Assembly (NCBI GenBank): GCA_965248575.1
Contig: CBDFJQ010000002.1
Coordinates: 928,001-992,000, forward strand
DNA: 64,000 nucleotides
Reading direction: 5' to 3'
From: Planctomycetota bacterium
GTDB lineage: Bacteria; Planctomycetota; B15-G4
Part shown: positions 17,420 through 27,590 of the stretch, piece after piece
How positions within the stretch are numbered: the stretch's first letter is position 1
Layout: each line of letters starts with the position of its first letter
Position numbers and translations under genes: made by a program
The notes under the pieces: model-generated
Databases searched by the model: none
The model's input: only the letters and a program-made list of their open reading frames with translations
What the model was told of the DNA's origin: nothing

Positions 17420-18619
17420 GTGACTCCCGAGCCAGCCTCCCAAGGCCCCCGGACACGACCAGCCCCTGCGGGCGACACCTTGGTCGACGGCCCGCACGCG
17501 GACGCCTTGCGTTGCCAGCTCTCTGCTCTACGCAAGGTGCACAACATCCCGGGCCTTGCCGCTGCCCGCGTGCACCCTGATGGGTGGGCCGTGGTGGCCG
17601 TGGACGGCCTGGCAGACCTTCGCAGCTCCCGGCCACTCGACCTGGATTCGGTCTTCGCCTGGTTTTCACTGACCAAGGTGCTGACGGCGACCGCTTGCGT
17701 GCGCGCGTTGGCAGAAGCCGGTCTGGCCCTTGATGCCAGGCTCGATGAGTTCGCGCCCGGCCTGGTGTCCACGCTGCCGGCCAGCTGCGCTGCGCTCGGC
17801 CTGGGGCAACTGCAGATGGACCAGCTCATGAGCCATGGCGCTGGTTTTCGAGACCGCCAACTGCATGCGGCGCGCTGGTTCCTGGATGACTCACAAGCCT
17901 GGCCAGACCCCCGTGACTTCCTTTACGAAGTGCTCGGGCGTCGCCCCTGGGTGCGCGGCGAACCGGGCCGGAGCTTCCACTACTCAAACCTCGGGTACGC
18001 CCTCTTGGGTGAAGCCCTGGCCGAAGCGACCCGCTCGACTTTTCGCGAACACATCGTGCGTAACCTGCTGAAGCCTGTGGGCGCGATCCACGCGGGCTTC
18101 GAGGCCGAGGGCAAGGTCGCGACGGGACACGTGCGCCAGGCGAGCCGGATGGGGTTGCTGGCGACGGCCTTGGGTGGATTCGTGGAGGACCGCGTGCGCT
18201 CCAAGCAACACCACGGCCTGTGGATCACGACCAGGCGCCGGCGCCCGATCTTCTCACCGCATGGTGGTCTCTGGGGGCCCGTGGGCGATCTCGTGCCGCT
18301 GCTCCGGGAGCAGCTGCATCTGAGCACGACACCCGACTGCCCAGAGTTCGACATGGGCAGGGTTCATCAGGCCCGTCGAGGACGGGCGCGGCGGCGGGGC
18401 GAGGGTGGTCTCGGTTGGCGCGTCCATCCTGCGGGGCCGGGAGCAGCGCTTGCATCAAACCCGGGGTTTCTCTCACACGGAGGGCGCGGCCCGGGATTCA
18501 CGGCAGAGATGCAGGTCCACCCCGAACAGCGCCAAGCAATCGCCGTGCTCGGCAACGCGTCGTTCGACGCCAAGGTCGTCACGGCTTCGCTTCTGAGAGT
18601 CCCGCTCGAAACTCAGTGA
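17420..18619 (+). CDS. Serine hydrolase, beta-lactamase class C-like family
   Basis: SLTK (SxxK), LMSHGAG, FHYSNLGY, HGG; no clear signal peptide. Confidence 0.85.
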   Translation: MTPEPASQGPRTRPAPAGDTLVDGPHADALRCQLSALRKVHNIPGLAAARVHPDGWAVVAVDGLADLRSSRPLDLDSVFAWFSLTKVLTATACVRALAEAGLALDARLDEFAPGLVSTLPASCAALGLGQLQMDQLMSHGAGFRDRQLHAARWFLDDSQAWPDPRDFLYEVLGRRPWVRGEPGRSFHYSNLGYALLGEALAEATRSTFREHIVRNLLKPVGAIHAGFEAEGKVATGHVRQASRMGLLATALGGFVEDRVRSKQHHGLWITTRRRRPIFSPHGGLWGPVGDLVPLLREQLHLSTTPDCPEFDMGRVHQARRGRARRRGEGGLGWRVHPAGPGAALASNPGFLSHGGRGPGFTAEMQVHPEQRQAIAVLGNASFDAKVVTASLLRVPLETQ

Positions 18620-21420
18620 GCCTGGAGCCAGTTCTGGCCGACGCCTGTGTCCACCACCAGCGGGACGTCCAGCTCCATGGCACCTTCCATGAGAGGCACC
18701 ACGAGCTCGCGCAGTGCATCCGCTTCCTGCTCGGCCACTTCGAAGACCAGCTCGTCGTGCACTTGCATGATCATGCGAGCCGAGAGCTGGCTCGCCTCGA
18801 GGGCTGCCTGCACACGGATCATGGCCAGCTTGACCAGGTCAGCAGCTGTCCCTTGGATCGGAGTGTTCACCGCCATGTTCATGAGCGCAGCGAAGGTTCG
18901 CGGATCGGCGCTGTCGAGGCCGTCGAGGCGCCGGCGTCGACCGGCCAAGGTGCTCACATAGCCCTGCTCCTTCGCCGAATCTCGTGTGCCATCGAGCCAG
19001 GCTTTCACCTGCGGGAAGGTCTCGAAGTACTGCTCGATGAAAGCCGCGGCCTCCTTCACGCTGACGTTGATCTCGCCCGAGAGGCGCTGGGCGCCCATGC
19101 CGTAGATGATGCCGAAGTTGATGGCCTTGGCTCGGCTCCGCATGTCGCCCGTGACGTCCTCGGCGGCCACACCAAACACCAGGGAAGCCGTACGACGGTG
19201 GATGTCCTCGCCTGAACGGAAAGCCTTGATCAGCGCCGTGTCGCCCGAGAGGTGGGCCATCAGCCGCAGCTCGACCTGGCTGTAGTCGGCAGCCAGCAGC
19301 AGGTTCCCTGGCTCGGCGATGAACGCTTCGCGGATGCGGCGCCCCTCGGCCGTGCGCACCGGGATGTTCTGCAGATTGGGGTCCGTGGAGCTGAGCCGCC
19401 CCGTGGCCGCCACCGCCTGGTTGTAGGAGGTGTGGATCCTGCCGCTGAACGGATGGATCAGTGCAGGCAAGGCATCCACATAGGTGCCCTTGAGCTTCGT
19501 GAGCTGGCGGTGCTCGAGAATCTTCGCCGCGATGGGGTGGGCCTTCAGGGAGTCCAGCACGCTCGCGTCCGTGCTGAAGCCGGTCTTGGTCTTCTTGAGG
19601 CGCTTGATGCCCAGCTCTTCGTGCACCGCCAGCTTCTCGAAGAGGATGTGTGCAAGCTGCTTCGGGCTGGCCACGTTGAACTCTTCGCCAGCCAGTTCAT
19701 GGATCTCCGTGTTGAGCGCCGCGATGCGCTCTCCCATCTCGGTTCCGATCCGCGCCAGCAGATCCCGGTCCACGAACACACCGTGCGTCTCCATGGTCTG
19801 CAAGACGGAGAGTACGGGCAGTTCGATGTCCCGGAAGACGTGGTCGACATCGCGCCCAAGATCCGTGCCTGTCAGCTGCTCGTCGAAGAGCTTCCAGAGT
19901 CGGAAGGTGCAGTCGGCGTCTTCGCAGGCGTACTCCCCGCACTTGGCGACGGGCACATCCCACATGCTGATCTGCTTTGCACCCTTTCCGATCAGCTCCG
20001 AGGTGGGGATCTTCGTGATGCCCAGGTGCTTCAGGGAGAGGAAGTCCAGGCCGTGCTGGGACTGGTGGGCGTCCAGGCAATAGGAGGCCAACATCGTGTC
20101 GAAGCCGATCTGCGCCGGGGCCAGGCCGTAGCGGCCGAGCACGTGCAGGTCGTACTTCAGGTTCTGTCCTGCGACCGCCACGCTGGCGTCCCTGAAGACG
20201 GGAGTCAGATCCTCCAGGAATCGAGCGAGATCGCTGCCGTCTGCGGGCCGGAGCGGGTCGCCGGGCAGGCCGCTGCCCGTGGTGAGCGAACCGCTGCTGG
20301 CGAACATCCCTTCGTCGTCGCCAGTGCCTGCCGCACGTTCGCGTGCCGTGCGCCCCCGATCGCCGGCGCCGAACAGCGGCTCCGCGAGATTCGCGGGGAG
20401 ATACCAACCCGTCGAGCTCTCGAAGGAGAAGGCCAATCCGACGATCTCCGCCTCCAGGGCCTTGAGGGATGTCGTCTCGAGATCGAAGACGAGTTCTTTC
20501 GCAGCACGCAGCTCCCCGAGGAAGGCCTCGTACTCCGCAACGGAATCCACGACACGGTAGACACGGGCGCCGTCATCCAAGGTCGCCTCATCGCCGAGGC
20601 GTTTGATGAGCGACGGGAACTCCAACTCCAGGAAGAGCGCGCGCGCCTCCTCCACAACCGGTCCGGTGTAGACCAGGTCTTCCAGGCTCACGGTGATGGG
20701 GGATTCCAGCCGGATCGTCACCAGGTCCTGCGAGAGATACGCGCTCTCCTTACCCTCCTTCAAGCGCGTCTGCAGGGACGGCGGCTTGATGGACTCGATC
20801 TTCTCGTAGATGTCGTCGAGGCCCTCGTACTGGCCGATGAGCTTGAGGGCCGTCTTCGTCCCCACGCGCGGGACACCGGGTACGTTGTCGGAGGTGTCAC
20901 CCATGAGCGCCAGCACGTCGATGACCTGGTCCGGCCGGCAGTTGAACTTCTGCTTGACCGCCTCCTTGCCCAGGATGGCCGGCTCCGTACCGAGTCCCGC
21001 AGGGACATACATCGAGGTGCGATCATTGATGATCTGCATGAAGTCCTTGTCGCCGCTCACCACGAAGACCTCGTGGCCCGCCTCATAGGCTTGGCGAGCC
21101 AGGGTGCCGATGATGTCATCTGCCTCCCAGCCCGGTAGCTCGTACACCGGCATGCCCAAGGACTTCGCAATGCGTTCGAAGTTGGGCAGCTGCGCGATCA
21201 ACTCCGAGGGAGTCTTCTGGCGAGTGGCCTTGTAGTCCTTGAACTGCTCGTGCCGGAAAGTGGGCTTCGGCGTGTCCATCGCCACCAGGATGGAGTCCGG
21301 TTGCTCGCGCTCGATCAGGGAGAGCAGCGAGGCCGCATAGGCGAAGGCAGGCCCCGGTCCCCGCGCGTAGAAGGAGCGATAGGCGAGAGCAGATCCATCA
21401 ATCAGGAAGGTGCGTGGCAT
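18613..21420 (-). CDS. polA: DNA polymerase I
   Basis: Start at ATG 21420; 5' nuclease LIDGS, EADDIIGTL, GDTSDNVPGV; 3'-5' exonuclease DLETT, NLKYD, YACEDAD; polymerase ADYSQVELR, KAINFGIIYG, VHDEL. Confidence 0.97.
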   Translation of the reverse strand: MPRTFLIDGSALAYRSFYARGPGPAFAYAASLLSLIEREQPDSILVAMDTPKPTFRHEQFKDYKATRQKTPSELIAQLPNFERIAKSLGMPVYELPGWEADDIIGTLARQAYEAGHEVFVVSGDKDFMQIINDRTSMYVPAGLGTEPAILGKEAVKQKFNCRPDQVIDVLALMGDTSDNVPGVPRVGTKTALKLIGQYEGLDDIYEKIESIKPPSLQTRLKEGKESAYLSQDLVTIRLESPITVSLEDLVYTGPVVEEARALFLELEFPSLIKRLGDEATLDDGARVYRVVDSVAEYEAFLGELRAAKELVFDLETTSLKALEAEIVGLAFSFESSTGWYLPANLAEPLFGAGDRGRTARERAAGTGDDEGMFASSGSLTTGSGLPGDPLRPADGSDLARFLEDLTPVFRDASVAVAGQNLKYDLHVLGRYGLAPAQIGFDTMLASYCLDAHQSQHGLDFLSLKHLGITKIPTSELIGKGAKQISMWDVPVAKCGEYACEDADCTFRLWKLFDEQLTGTDLGRDVDHVFRDIELPVLSVLQTMETHGVFVDRDLLARIGTEMGERIAALNTEIHELAGEEFNVASPKQLAHILFEKLAVHEELGIKRLKKTKTGFSTDASVLDSLKAHPIAAKILEHRQLTKLKGTYVDALPALIHPFSGRIHTSYNQAVAATGRLSSTDPNLQNIPVRTAEGRRIREAFIAEPGNLLLAADYSQVELRLMAHLSGDTALIKAFRSGEDIHRRTASLVFGVAAEDVTGDMRSRAKAINFGIIYGMGAQRLSGEINVSVKEAAAFIEQYFETFPQVKAWLDGTRDSAKEQGYVSTLAGRRRRLDGLDSADPRTFAALMNMAVNTPIQGTAADLVKLAMIRVQAALEASQLSARMIMQVHDELVFEVAEQEADALRELVVPLMEGAMELDVPLVVDTGVGQNWLQAH

Positions 21421-21427
21421 GGCGGGC

Positions 21428-21433
21428 ATCCTA
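21428..21433 (-). promoter_or_regulatory. Candidate -10 element (TAGGAT) for a leaderless polA mRNA
   Basis: TAGGAT-GCCCGCC-ATG on the minus strand; no Shine-Dalgarno. Confidence 0.45.
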
Positions 21434-21588
21434 GCCATCCGTCGCGCCTGGGCACGCCTTTCCAATGGACATCCCCGCCCGCAGCCGAAATGCTGGGCCA
21501 CCCCTCGCTGGGACCTCGCAGCGGCTTCGGCCGTACGAGACTCCGCCGGGATCAGCAAGGTTTCCAAGGGCTTCCAGGGAGGATCGTC

Positions 21589-22230
21589 GTGCCGGCCAGG
21601 ACCCACTTGAGTTCGCACTCCCGGGGAGCTGTTCCTCCCACCAGGAGAGCGGGCTCGTGCCGACTCCTGGCGCTCGCCCTGCTGGCGCTTGGCGCATGCA
21701 GCGATGCCCCTGCGGTCGCAGAGCCTGAGACCTACACACCGCTGCGCGCAGCGCTCGCAGCAGGCGATCATTCGGATGCGCTGCACCTCGCTCGACGTGC
21801 TCTCCAGCAGTGGCCCGAGGACGGCCGCCTGGGTCTGGCTGCAGCCGAGGCCTGCCTGGGGCTCAAGCGCTTCTCCGAAGCGGCCGGTTTTGCGGAGGGC
21901 GCCTCGGGCAGCTTGGCGGACGCTGGCGACGCGGGCGGCGAACTGAGCGCCGACCTGCAGTGGGCAGCCGGCAAGGCACGCCTCGCACTCTACCTCCAGC
22001 TCCAGGGCGAGCAGGACTGGCGAGCGGCCAACAGCGCACTGGAACGAGGCGCCGCTTCTGCGGGATCCCACCGCGCGGACGCGGCCTACGCCTTGATCAA
22101 GATGCAGGGCCTGGGCGGCCTCGGCAATGAGCAGCGCGTGCAGCGCTTCGGCGACTTGTTCCTTGAGCTGGAAGCCAGCGGTGAGCGGGCCGACTGGGTC
22201 CGCAGCCGACTGAGCGGAGCGAACGATTGA
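21589..22230 (+). CDS. TPR-like helical lipoprotein
   Basis: GTG 21589 preceded by GGAGG; lipobox LLALGAC; Ala/Leu-rich helical repeats; 4-nt overlap with next gene. Confidence 0.65.
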   Translation: MPARTHLSSHSRGAVPPTRRAGSCRLLALALLALGACSDAPAVAEPETYTPLRAALAAGDHSDALHLARRALQQWPEDGRLGLAAAEACLGLKRFSEAAGFAEGASGSLADAGDAGGELSADLQWAAGKARLALYLQLQGEQDWRAANSALERGAASAGSHRADAAYALIKMQGLGGLGNEQRVQRFGDLFLELEASGERADWVRSRLSGAND

Positions 22231-23774
22231 GCAAGGTGTTCTCGAGCCGTTGGGCCTTGATCCTCGCCACCCTGGGCATGGCGATCGGCACCGGCAACCT
22301 CTGGCGCTTCCCCAGGATCCTGGCGGCGAACGGGGGTGGCACCTTCCTGATCCCCTGGATCCTGTTCCTGTTCACCTGGTCCATCCCACTGCTGATGGTG
22401 GAGTTTTCCATCGGGCGTGCGAGCAGGCGCGGCCCCGTGGGTGCCTTCGCCACGGTGTTCGGCAAGAAGACCGCCTGGCGCGGGGGCTTCGTCGCCTTCT
22501 GCACCATCGCCATCCTCTTCTACTACTCGGTGGTGAGCGGTTGGACGCTGCGCTACCTGTGGCTCGCCTTCAGCGGCGGCTTCGGTTCCATCACCCCCGA
22601 GAACGCGCCCGACGTCTTCCTCGACTTCACCCAGAGTTGGGGCCCTGCGCTAACGCATCTGATCTCCATCGGGCTCGCCTGCGGGGTGGTTGCTGCCGGC
22701 GTGACGGGCGGCATCGAGCGGGTCTGCAAGGTGCTCGTCCCAGGGCTGTTCATCGTGCTCGTCATCAGTGCCGTGCGCGGGCTGACCCTCGACGGCGCCT
22801 CGAACGGAATCGACTTCCTCACGACCTTCGACCTCGAACGACTCGCCACCGACCACACGGTGTGGCTCGAGGCGCTCACCCAATCCGCCTGGAGCACCGG
22901 GGCCGGCTGGGGTCTCATGGTCTGCTACGCCATCTATGCCAGCAAGGACATGCGCGCGGGACGCGAGTGCGTGTCCACGGGCATCGGCAACAACTGCGCC
23001 TCCTTGCTCGCGGCGCTCGCCATCATTCCGGCTGTCTTCGCCCTGGCACCGCTGGCTGGCGAGGACCCCGCAGCCCTGATGCAGGAGGGCGGCCCCGCGA
23101 GCACCGGCCTGACCTTCGTCTGGATGCCCGTCCTGTTCCAGCAGATGCCCTCGGCGGGCAACATCCTGGGGACCCTCTTCTTCGCGGGCCTGGCATTCGC
23201 CGCACTGTCCTCGCTGATCGCCTTGGTGGAACTCGCGGTGCGAACCCTGGGCGACCTGGGCATTCCCCGCAAGCGCGCGACGCTGCTGACCTTCGTGGTG
23301 GGCTTCGTGCTCGGCGTGCCTTCTGCTGTCGACCTGGGGTTCATTCCCGGGCACAAAGGCCTGACCGTGTTCGAGAACCAGGATTGGGTCTGGGGCGTGG
23401 GGCTGATGGTGTCGGGTGCGTTCACGGGGTACTCCGTGTTGCGCTATGGGCCGCGCCGCTTCCACGACAAGATCATCGCCGAGCCTGAAGGGGCTCCGCC
23501 GGGAGGCGGCCTGCTGTTCCGCTTCGCTGTGACGATCCTGGTTCCTCTCCAAGCTCTGGTCCTGCTGGGCTGGTGGTTCTATCAGGCCTTCACGTGGGTT
23601 CCCAACACGGATGAGCAAGGTACCCTTCGCCCCCTGGGTGACCGCATCGCGGAGTGGCTTGACCCCACAACGGTGTTTGGCGTCGGCACCTGCCTCCTTC
23701 AGTGGGGCACGGTCATCGCCGTCCTGTTGTTCGTGAACAAGCGCTTGGGCAATGCAGAACCGTCTGCGGAGTAG
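22227..23774 (+). CDS. Sodium-dependent transporter, NSS/SNF (LeuT-like) family
   Basis: GMAIGTGNLWRFP, NGGGTFLIP, GIER, FAALSS; ~12 TM segments. Confidence 0.92.
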   Translation: MSKVFSSRWALILATLGMAIGTGNLWRFPRILAANGGGTFLIPWILFLFTWSIPLLMVEFSIGRASRRGPVGAFATVFGKKTAWRGGFVAFCTIAILFYYSVVSGWTLRYLWLAFSGGFGSITPENAPDVFLDFTQSWGPALTHLISIGLACGVVAAGVTGGIERVCKVLVPGLFIVLVISAVRGLTLDGASNGIDFLTTFDLERLATDHTVWLEALTQSAWSTGAGWGLMVCYAIYASKDMRAGRECVSTGIGNNCASLLAALAIIPAVFALAPLAGEDPAALMQEGGPASTGLTFVWMPVLFQQMPSAGNILGTLFFAGLAFAALSSLIALVELAVRTLGDLGIPRKRATLLTFVVGFVLGVPSAVDLGFIPGHKGLTVFENQDWVWGVGLMVSGAFTGYSVLRYGPRRFHDKIIAEPEGAPPGGGLLFRFAVTILVPLQALVLLGWWFYQAFTWVPNTDEQGTLRPLGDRIAEWLDPTTVFGVGTCLLQWGTVIAVLLFVNKRLGNAEPSAE

Positions 23775-23795
23775 CCCGGACGAGGGCGGACGCGG

Positions 23796-25064
23796 TCAGG
23801 CTGAGTCCGCGCCTGCGCGCCCAAGGTGGCGCACGTTCCAGAAGAACGCCGCCTCCAGGACAATGGACAGGACGTAAAGCGTCGTCGTGATCAACATGGG
23901 CACGACATAGCCGTCGCTGCCGTCACCGATCCAACCCGGCGATCGTTCGATCAGGATCCCGCCCATCTGATTGGACATCGCCCAACCCAGGGTCCAGGCC
24001 AGCATCGTGACCCCGTTCACGGCGGCGCGCCAATCGGGTGGGGTCAGCTCCATCATGAGATTGCGCCACATGGGATGGCTCAGGTTCATGAGGGCGCTGC
24101 GAAACACGAAGGCCACCAGGGCCACGGGGAAGCTCGTGGTGAACGCCAAGATCAAGAAGAAAGGCAGCGAGAGCGCCTCGCTGGCGATGGTCGCCTTCAG
24201 GAATCCCATGCGACGCACGGCCCAGGGAATGGCCAGGATGCCGACGGTCATGGTCAGTTGCGAGGTGGACATGACGACGCCCAGCTGGCTCTTCGGCAGG
24301 GCAAAGCGGTCCGTGAAGTACAGATTGATGAAGGGGATCGTCAGGCCCGCACCCAGGCCCATGAACACATGAGGCAGAGCCATCCGCCACCAGAGGTGCC
24401 AGTGGGAGGGGGCCAGGATGGCGAACATGCGCCGCCGGGCGGGAGCGACCTCCTGCTCGGGCATCGCCTCGCTGAGACGGATCCGGCGGTAGAACGGAAG
24501 CGCACCCAGAGTTGCGGCGGCACCAAGCAGGAGCGTGGCCCGCAGCGCTCCTGTCTCGGCCCAGATGTGCGCCTCCAGGCTCCCAGCGATGAGCCCCGCC
24601 ACGGCCAGGCCGACCATGGACGCGATAGAGTGCGTTGCCATCTCGGCGCCGAACAAGCTGGTGCGCTCGGCAGGTGTGCTGGCGGTGACCAGGAAGGGCG
24701 CGGCCACCACGCGGTGCAAGGTGAAGAAAGCGCCCTGCAGCGCGGCGAACACGAACAGGAAGCCGAGCCCCTCGCAACACGCCATCCCCGCCAGGGAAAG
24801 CGCCGCCCCGATGCTGCTGAGGACCAGGCTGCGGCGCGCACCGAGCCGATCGTAAAGAGCAGCTGCCGGAATCGTCGAGAGCACGACACCCACGCCAGCT
24901 GCCGCCAGGATCTGGCCCACGGCTTCGTCGTCGTGACCCAACGAACGCACGTAGAGGTTCTGGAGAACCCACAGGAAGGCGTGGCCCAACTCGAGCAGGA
25001 TGGCACCCCCGAGGAAGTGCCGGGCGTCCTCCGAGAAGGTCCGCCAGGTGGCGGCAATCTTCAC
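23796..25064 (-). CDS. MFS transporter
   Basis: Motif A-like LYDRLGARR; ~12 TM segments; GAGLTIPFINLYF. Confidence 0.88.
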   Translation of the reverse strand: MKIAATWRTFSEDARHFLGGAILLELGHAFLWVLQNLYVRSLGHDDEAVGQILAAAGVGVVLSTIPAAALYDRLGARRSLVLSSIGAALSLAGMACCEGLGFLFVFAALQGAFFTLHRVVAAPFLVTASTPAERTSLFGAEMATHSIASMVGLAVAGLIAGSLEAHIWAETGALRATLLLGAAATLGALPFYRRIRLSEAMPEQEVAPARRRMFAILAPSHWHLWWRMALPHVFMGLGAGLTIPFINLYFTDRFALPKSQLGVVMSTSQLTMTVGILAIPWAVRRMGFLKATIASEALSLPFFLILAFTTSFPVALVAFVFRSALMNLSHPMWRNLMMELTPPDWRAAVNGVTMLAWTLGWAMSNQMGGILIERSPGWIGDGSDGYVVPMLITTTLYVLSIVLEAAFFWNVRHLGRAGADSA

Positions 25065-25065
25065 G

Positions 25066-27504
25066 TCAGCTGGCCGCGCTCGAGGAGTTGGCGGCTTCCG
25101 GTGGAGGCTCCGGGGCCGTGCGCCCGAACACGAAGAGCACGAACAACATCACGGCCACGCCACTTCCGAGCGCCAAGGGCGTGCTCCACCAATCGAAGAG
25201 GACGGTGGGGATGTAGCCCAGGCACACAGCGAGCAAGCCCGTGGTCAGGGCGTAGGGCGCCTGGGTCCGGACGTGGTCTACATGGTCCGACGCGCTGGAG
25301 ACGGAGCTCAACACCGTGGTGTCGGAGATGGGGGAGCAGTGGTCTCCAAAGATGGAGCCTTCCAGCACGGCACCGACGCAGAGCACCACCATGGCCAAGG
25401 CCCCCATGCCCTCGGCTTCGCCCACGCTGGCAGCGAGCGCCACCACGTTCGGCAAGAGGATCGCCATGGTCGACCAGGACGAGCCGGTGGAGAAGGCCAC
25501 GAGGCAGGCGGCGCCGAAGAGCAGGACCGGCAACATGACGGCGCTCACGGAACCGGAGAGCAGCGCCACCAGGTAGTCCGCCGTCCCCATGTCGCGGCAC
25601 ACAGCGCCGATCATCCAGGCCTGGAAGAGGATCATCACCGCGAAGAAGAGCGCCCGGATGCTCGACAAGCTGGCGCGGCTCAGATCACCGGCGGGAAGGT
25701 GCTCGCGGCTGGTGCGCGCCAAGGCAGGCAGGGCACGCGCCAGCAGCGCCAGCAGCACGGCACCGGCACTGAAGGCGAGGCCATAGGCCAGGTAGTCCAG
25801 GGTGCCGAGGACGAGCTTGCCGAAGGCGAACTCATGGACCCAGGCCATGGACTCCAGGCCGCTGGCCACGACGTCCTGGAACAGGGCGGCTGCTGCGACG
25901 CCACCCACCATCGCCACGCGGGTGAGGTTCGAACCCGTCAGGAACATGGCCAGGACGAATCCTGCGAAGGCGCCCACGAAGATGGGCTTGCCGCCGCTTC
26001 CGTCGAACAGGATTCCGGTGATGCCCTTCGCCCCATCGACCCCGCGCAGCGACAACAGCGAAGAGGGATTCTGCGTGAGCACTTCCCAACCTCCGCCTTC
26101 CATGAAGATGGAGGCGAGGGTGGCAAACAGGACCAACGCGATGGGCAGGGCACCGTGCCACCAGTGCAAGGGCATGCCCTCGCGCGGTTCGATGCGCGTC
26201 GCCTCGTCGGAGACCATCGGGGTGCCACCCTCCCGAACCAACCGCCCGGTCGTGCGTGCGCGGGCTTCGGCTCGTCGCATGGGCCCGTAGTCGCGACGGG
26301 TCACGATCGTCAGGAACACGAAGGCCAGCGTGAACAGGCAGTAGTAGCGGTAGGGAATCGTGCGCAGGAAGATCTCGTAGGCATCCTCCTGGATCCCAGC
26401 GGCCGGGAGGTGCGCGCTGAAGGTCGAGACTTCGTAGGCGATCCATGTGGACAGGAGCGAGATGCCGGCCACGGGCGCCGCGGTGCTGTCGACGATGTAC
26501 GCGAGTTTCTCACGCGAGATGCGCAGACGATCCGTGAGCGGCCGCATGGTGTTGCCCACCAACAAGCAGTTGGCGTAGTCGTCAAAGAAGATCAGCAGCC
26601 CCATGCCCCAGGTCACGAGCAGTGTGGAGCGCACCGTGCGTGCGAAGCCCAACAACAGCTGCACGAGCCCGTGCACCCCGCCGCTGCGACTCATGACACC
26701 CACCATCGCCACCAGCAGGATCACGAAGCCGATGATCTCGACCCGGAAGGTGTCCACGAGCTCGGTCCAGAAGAACACGCGGAAGACATCCAGGAAGCCG
26801 CTCCCCAGGGCCGGAACCCAACCCAGGCCGCCATCGTGAGCCAACAGCACAGCGCCCACCAGAATCCCCATGAACAAGGCGAGCAGGGTGCGGCGCAGCA
26901 CGAGGGCCACGAAGATGGCCACCAGCGGAGGCAGCATCGCACCGCGATGGGGGACCCGGGTCTGGCCCACGACGATGCGTGCGAGGGCAGGATCCAGCGC
27001 AGGGTCGAGGCCCGATTCGAGGCCCGGGGTGGTGGACGACACCTGGCCCGCCAGGTCGACACGGGGGCCGTCGGTCGTCACCTCCAGCGAGACCAGCACG
27101 GGCGCGTCCAAAGCGTCCGCTGCCATCTGCAGGCCGGGAAGCCCCTCCGTGCGCAACTTCTGGTCGAGCTCACTCAGGCGTGTGCTGAAGGCTCTCAGAA
27201 AAGCCGCCTCGCGGGTGGGCTCACCGTCGACGAAGACCTCCAGGCGCAGCCGCTGGAAGGACTGGCCAGGCACCAGGCGGGCGCGGCAGACGCGCAGCAC
27301 GTCCGAGAAAATCGTGGGGCCTTCCAGCTGACGGGTTTCGAGCCAAAGCTCCAGGTCGGCGTCCTTGGCCGGGATCTGGTCCTCCAGCAGGTTTCGCGCA
27401 GCCTGAGCCACAAGCACCCGGGAATCCGCGCTGGGAACCAGCAGTGCCGCCGCCAGGATCAGCCCGACGAGGGCCCCCAACACTGCCGTGATCCTGCTGT
27501 TCAT
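25066..27504 (-). CDS. Na+/H+ antiporter NhaC family protein with N-terminal extension
   Basis: Start at ATG 27504; FFDDYAN, SREKLAYIVDSTAAP, FSTGSSW, FGDHCSPISDTT, DHVRTQAPYA. Confidence 0.9.
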   Translation of the reverse strand: MNSRITAVLGALVGLILAAALLVPSADSRVLVAQAARNLLEDQIPAKDADLELWLETRQLEGPTIFSDVLRVCRARLVPGQSFQRLRLEVFVDGEPTREAAFLRAFSTRLSELDQKLRTEGLPGLQMAADALDAPVLVSLEVTTDGPRVDLAGQVSSTTPGLESGLDPALDPALARIVVGQTRVPHRGAMLPPLVAIFVALVLRRTLLALFMGILVGAVLLAHDGGLGWVPALGSGFLDVFRVFFWTELVDTFRVEIIGFVILLVAMVGVMSRSGGVHGLVQLLLGFARTVRSTLLVTWGMGLLIFFDDYANCLLVGNTMRPLTDRLRISREKLAYIVDSTAAPVAGISLLSTWIAYEVSTFSAHLPAAGIQEDAYEIFLRTIPYRYYCLFTLAFVFLTIVTRRDYGPMRRAEARARTTGRLVREGGTPMVSDEATRIEPREGMPLHWWHGALPIALVLFATLASIFMEGGGWEVLTQNPSSLLSLRGVDGAKGITGILFDGSGGKPIFVGAFAGFVLAMFLTGSNLTRVAMVGGVAAAALFQDVVASGLESMAWVHEFAFGKLVLGTLDYLAYGLAFSAGAVLLALLARALPALARTSREHLPAGDLSRASLSSIRALFFAVMILFQAWMIGAVCRDMGTADYLVALLSGSVSAVMLPVLLFGAACLVAFSTGSSWSTMAILLPNVVALAASVGEAEGMGALAMVVLCVGAVLEGSIFGDHCSPISDTTVLSSVSSASDHVDHVRTQAPYALTTGLLAVCLGYIPTVLFDWWSTPLALGSGVAVMLFVLFVFGRTAPEPPPEAANSSSAAS

Positions 27505-27529
27505 GGACTGCCCCGCGAGGAAGCGGGGG

Positions 27530-27535
27530 ATTGTA
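27530..27535 (-). promoter_or_regulatory. Candidate -10 element (TACAAT) upstream of the NhaC-family gene
   Basis: TACAAT 25 nt upstream of ATG 27504 in a divergent intergenic region. Confidence 0.4.
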
Positions 27536-27590
27536 CCGGAGCAGCTCGCCGCTTGAAGCCTGGGCACCGGGCGGGAATCATGGGCGGCCT

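Noticed and set aside
17420..18619. Antibiotic-resistance beta-lactamase
   Set aside because: SxxK/YxN/HxG motifs are shared by many esterases and peptidases; no signal peptide or mobile context
20230..20375. Intein in PolA
   Set aside because: Too short and lacks the Cys/Ser start and His-Asn end
21421..22071. 217-aa N-terminal extension of PolA in the ORF track
   Set aside because: Overlaps the opposite-strand lipoprotein gene; PolA homology starts at MPRTFLIDG (21420)
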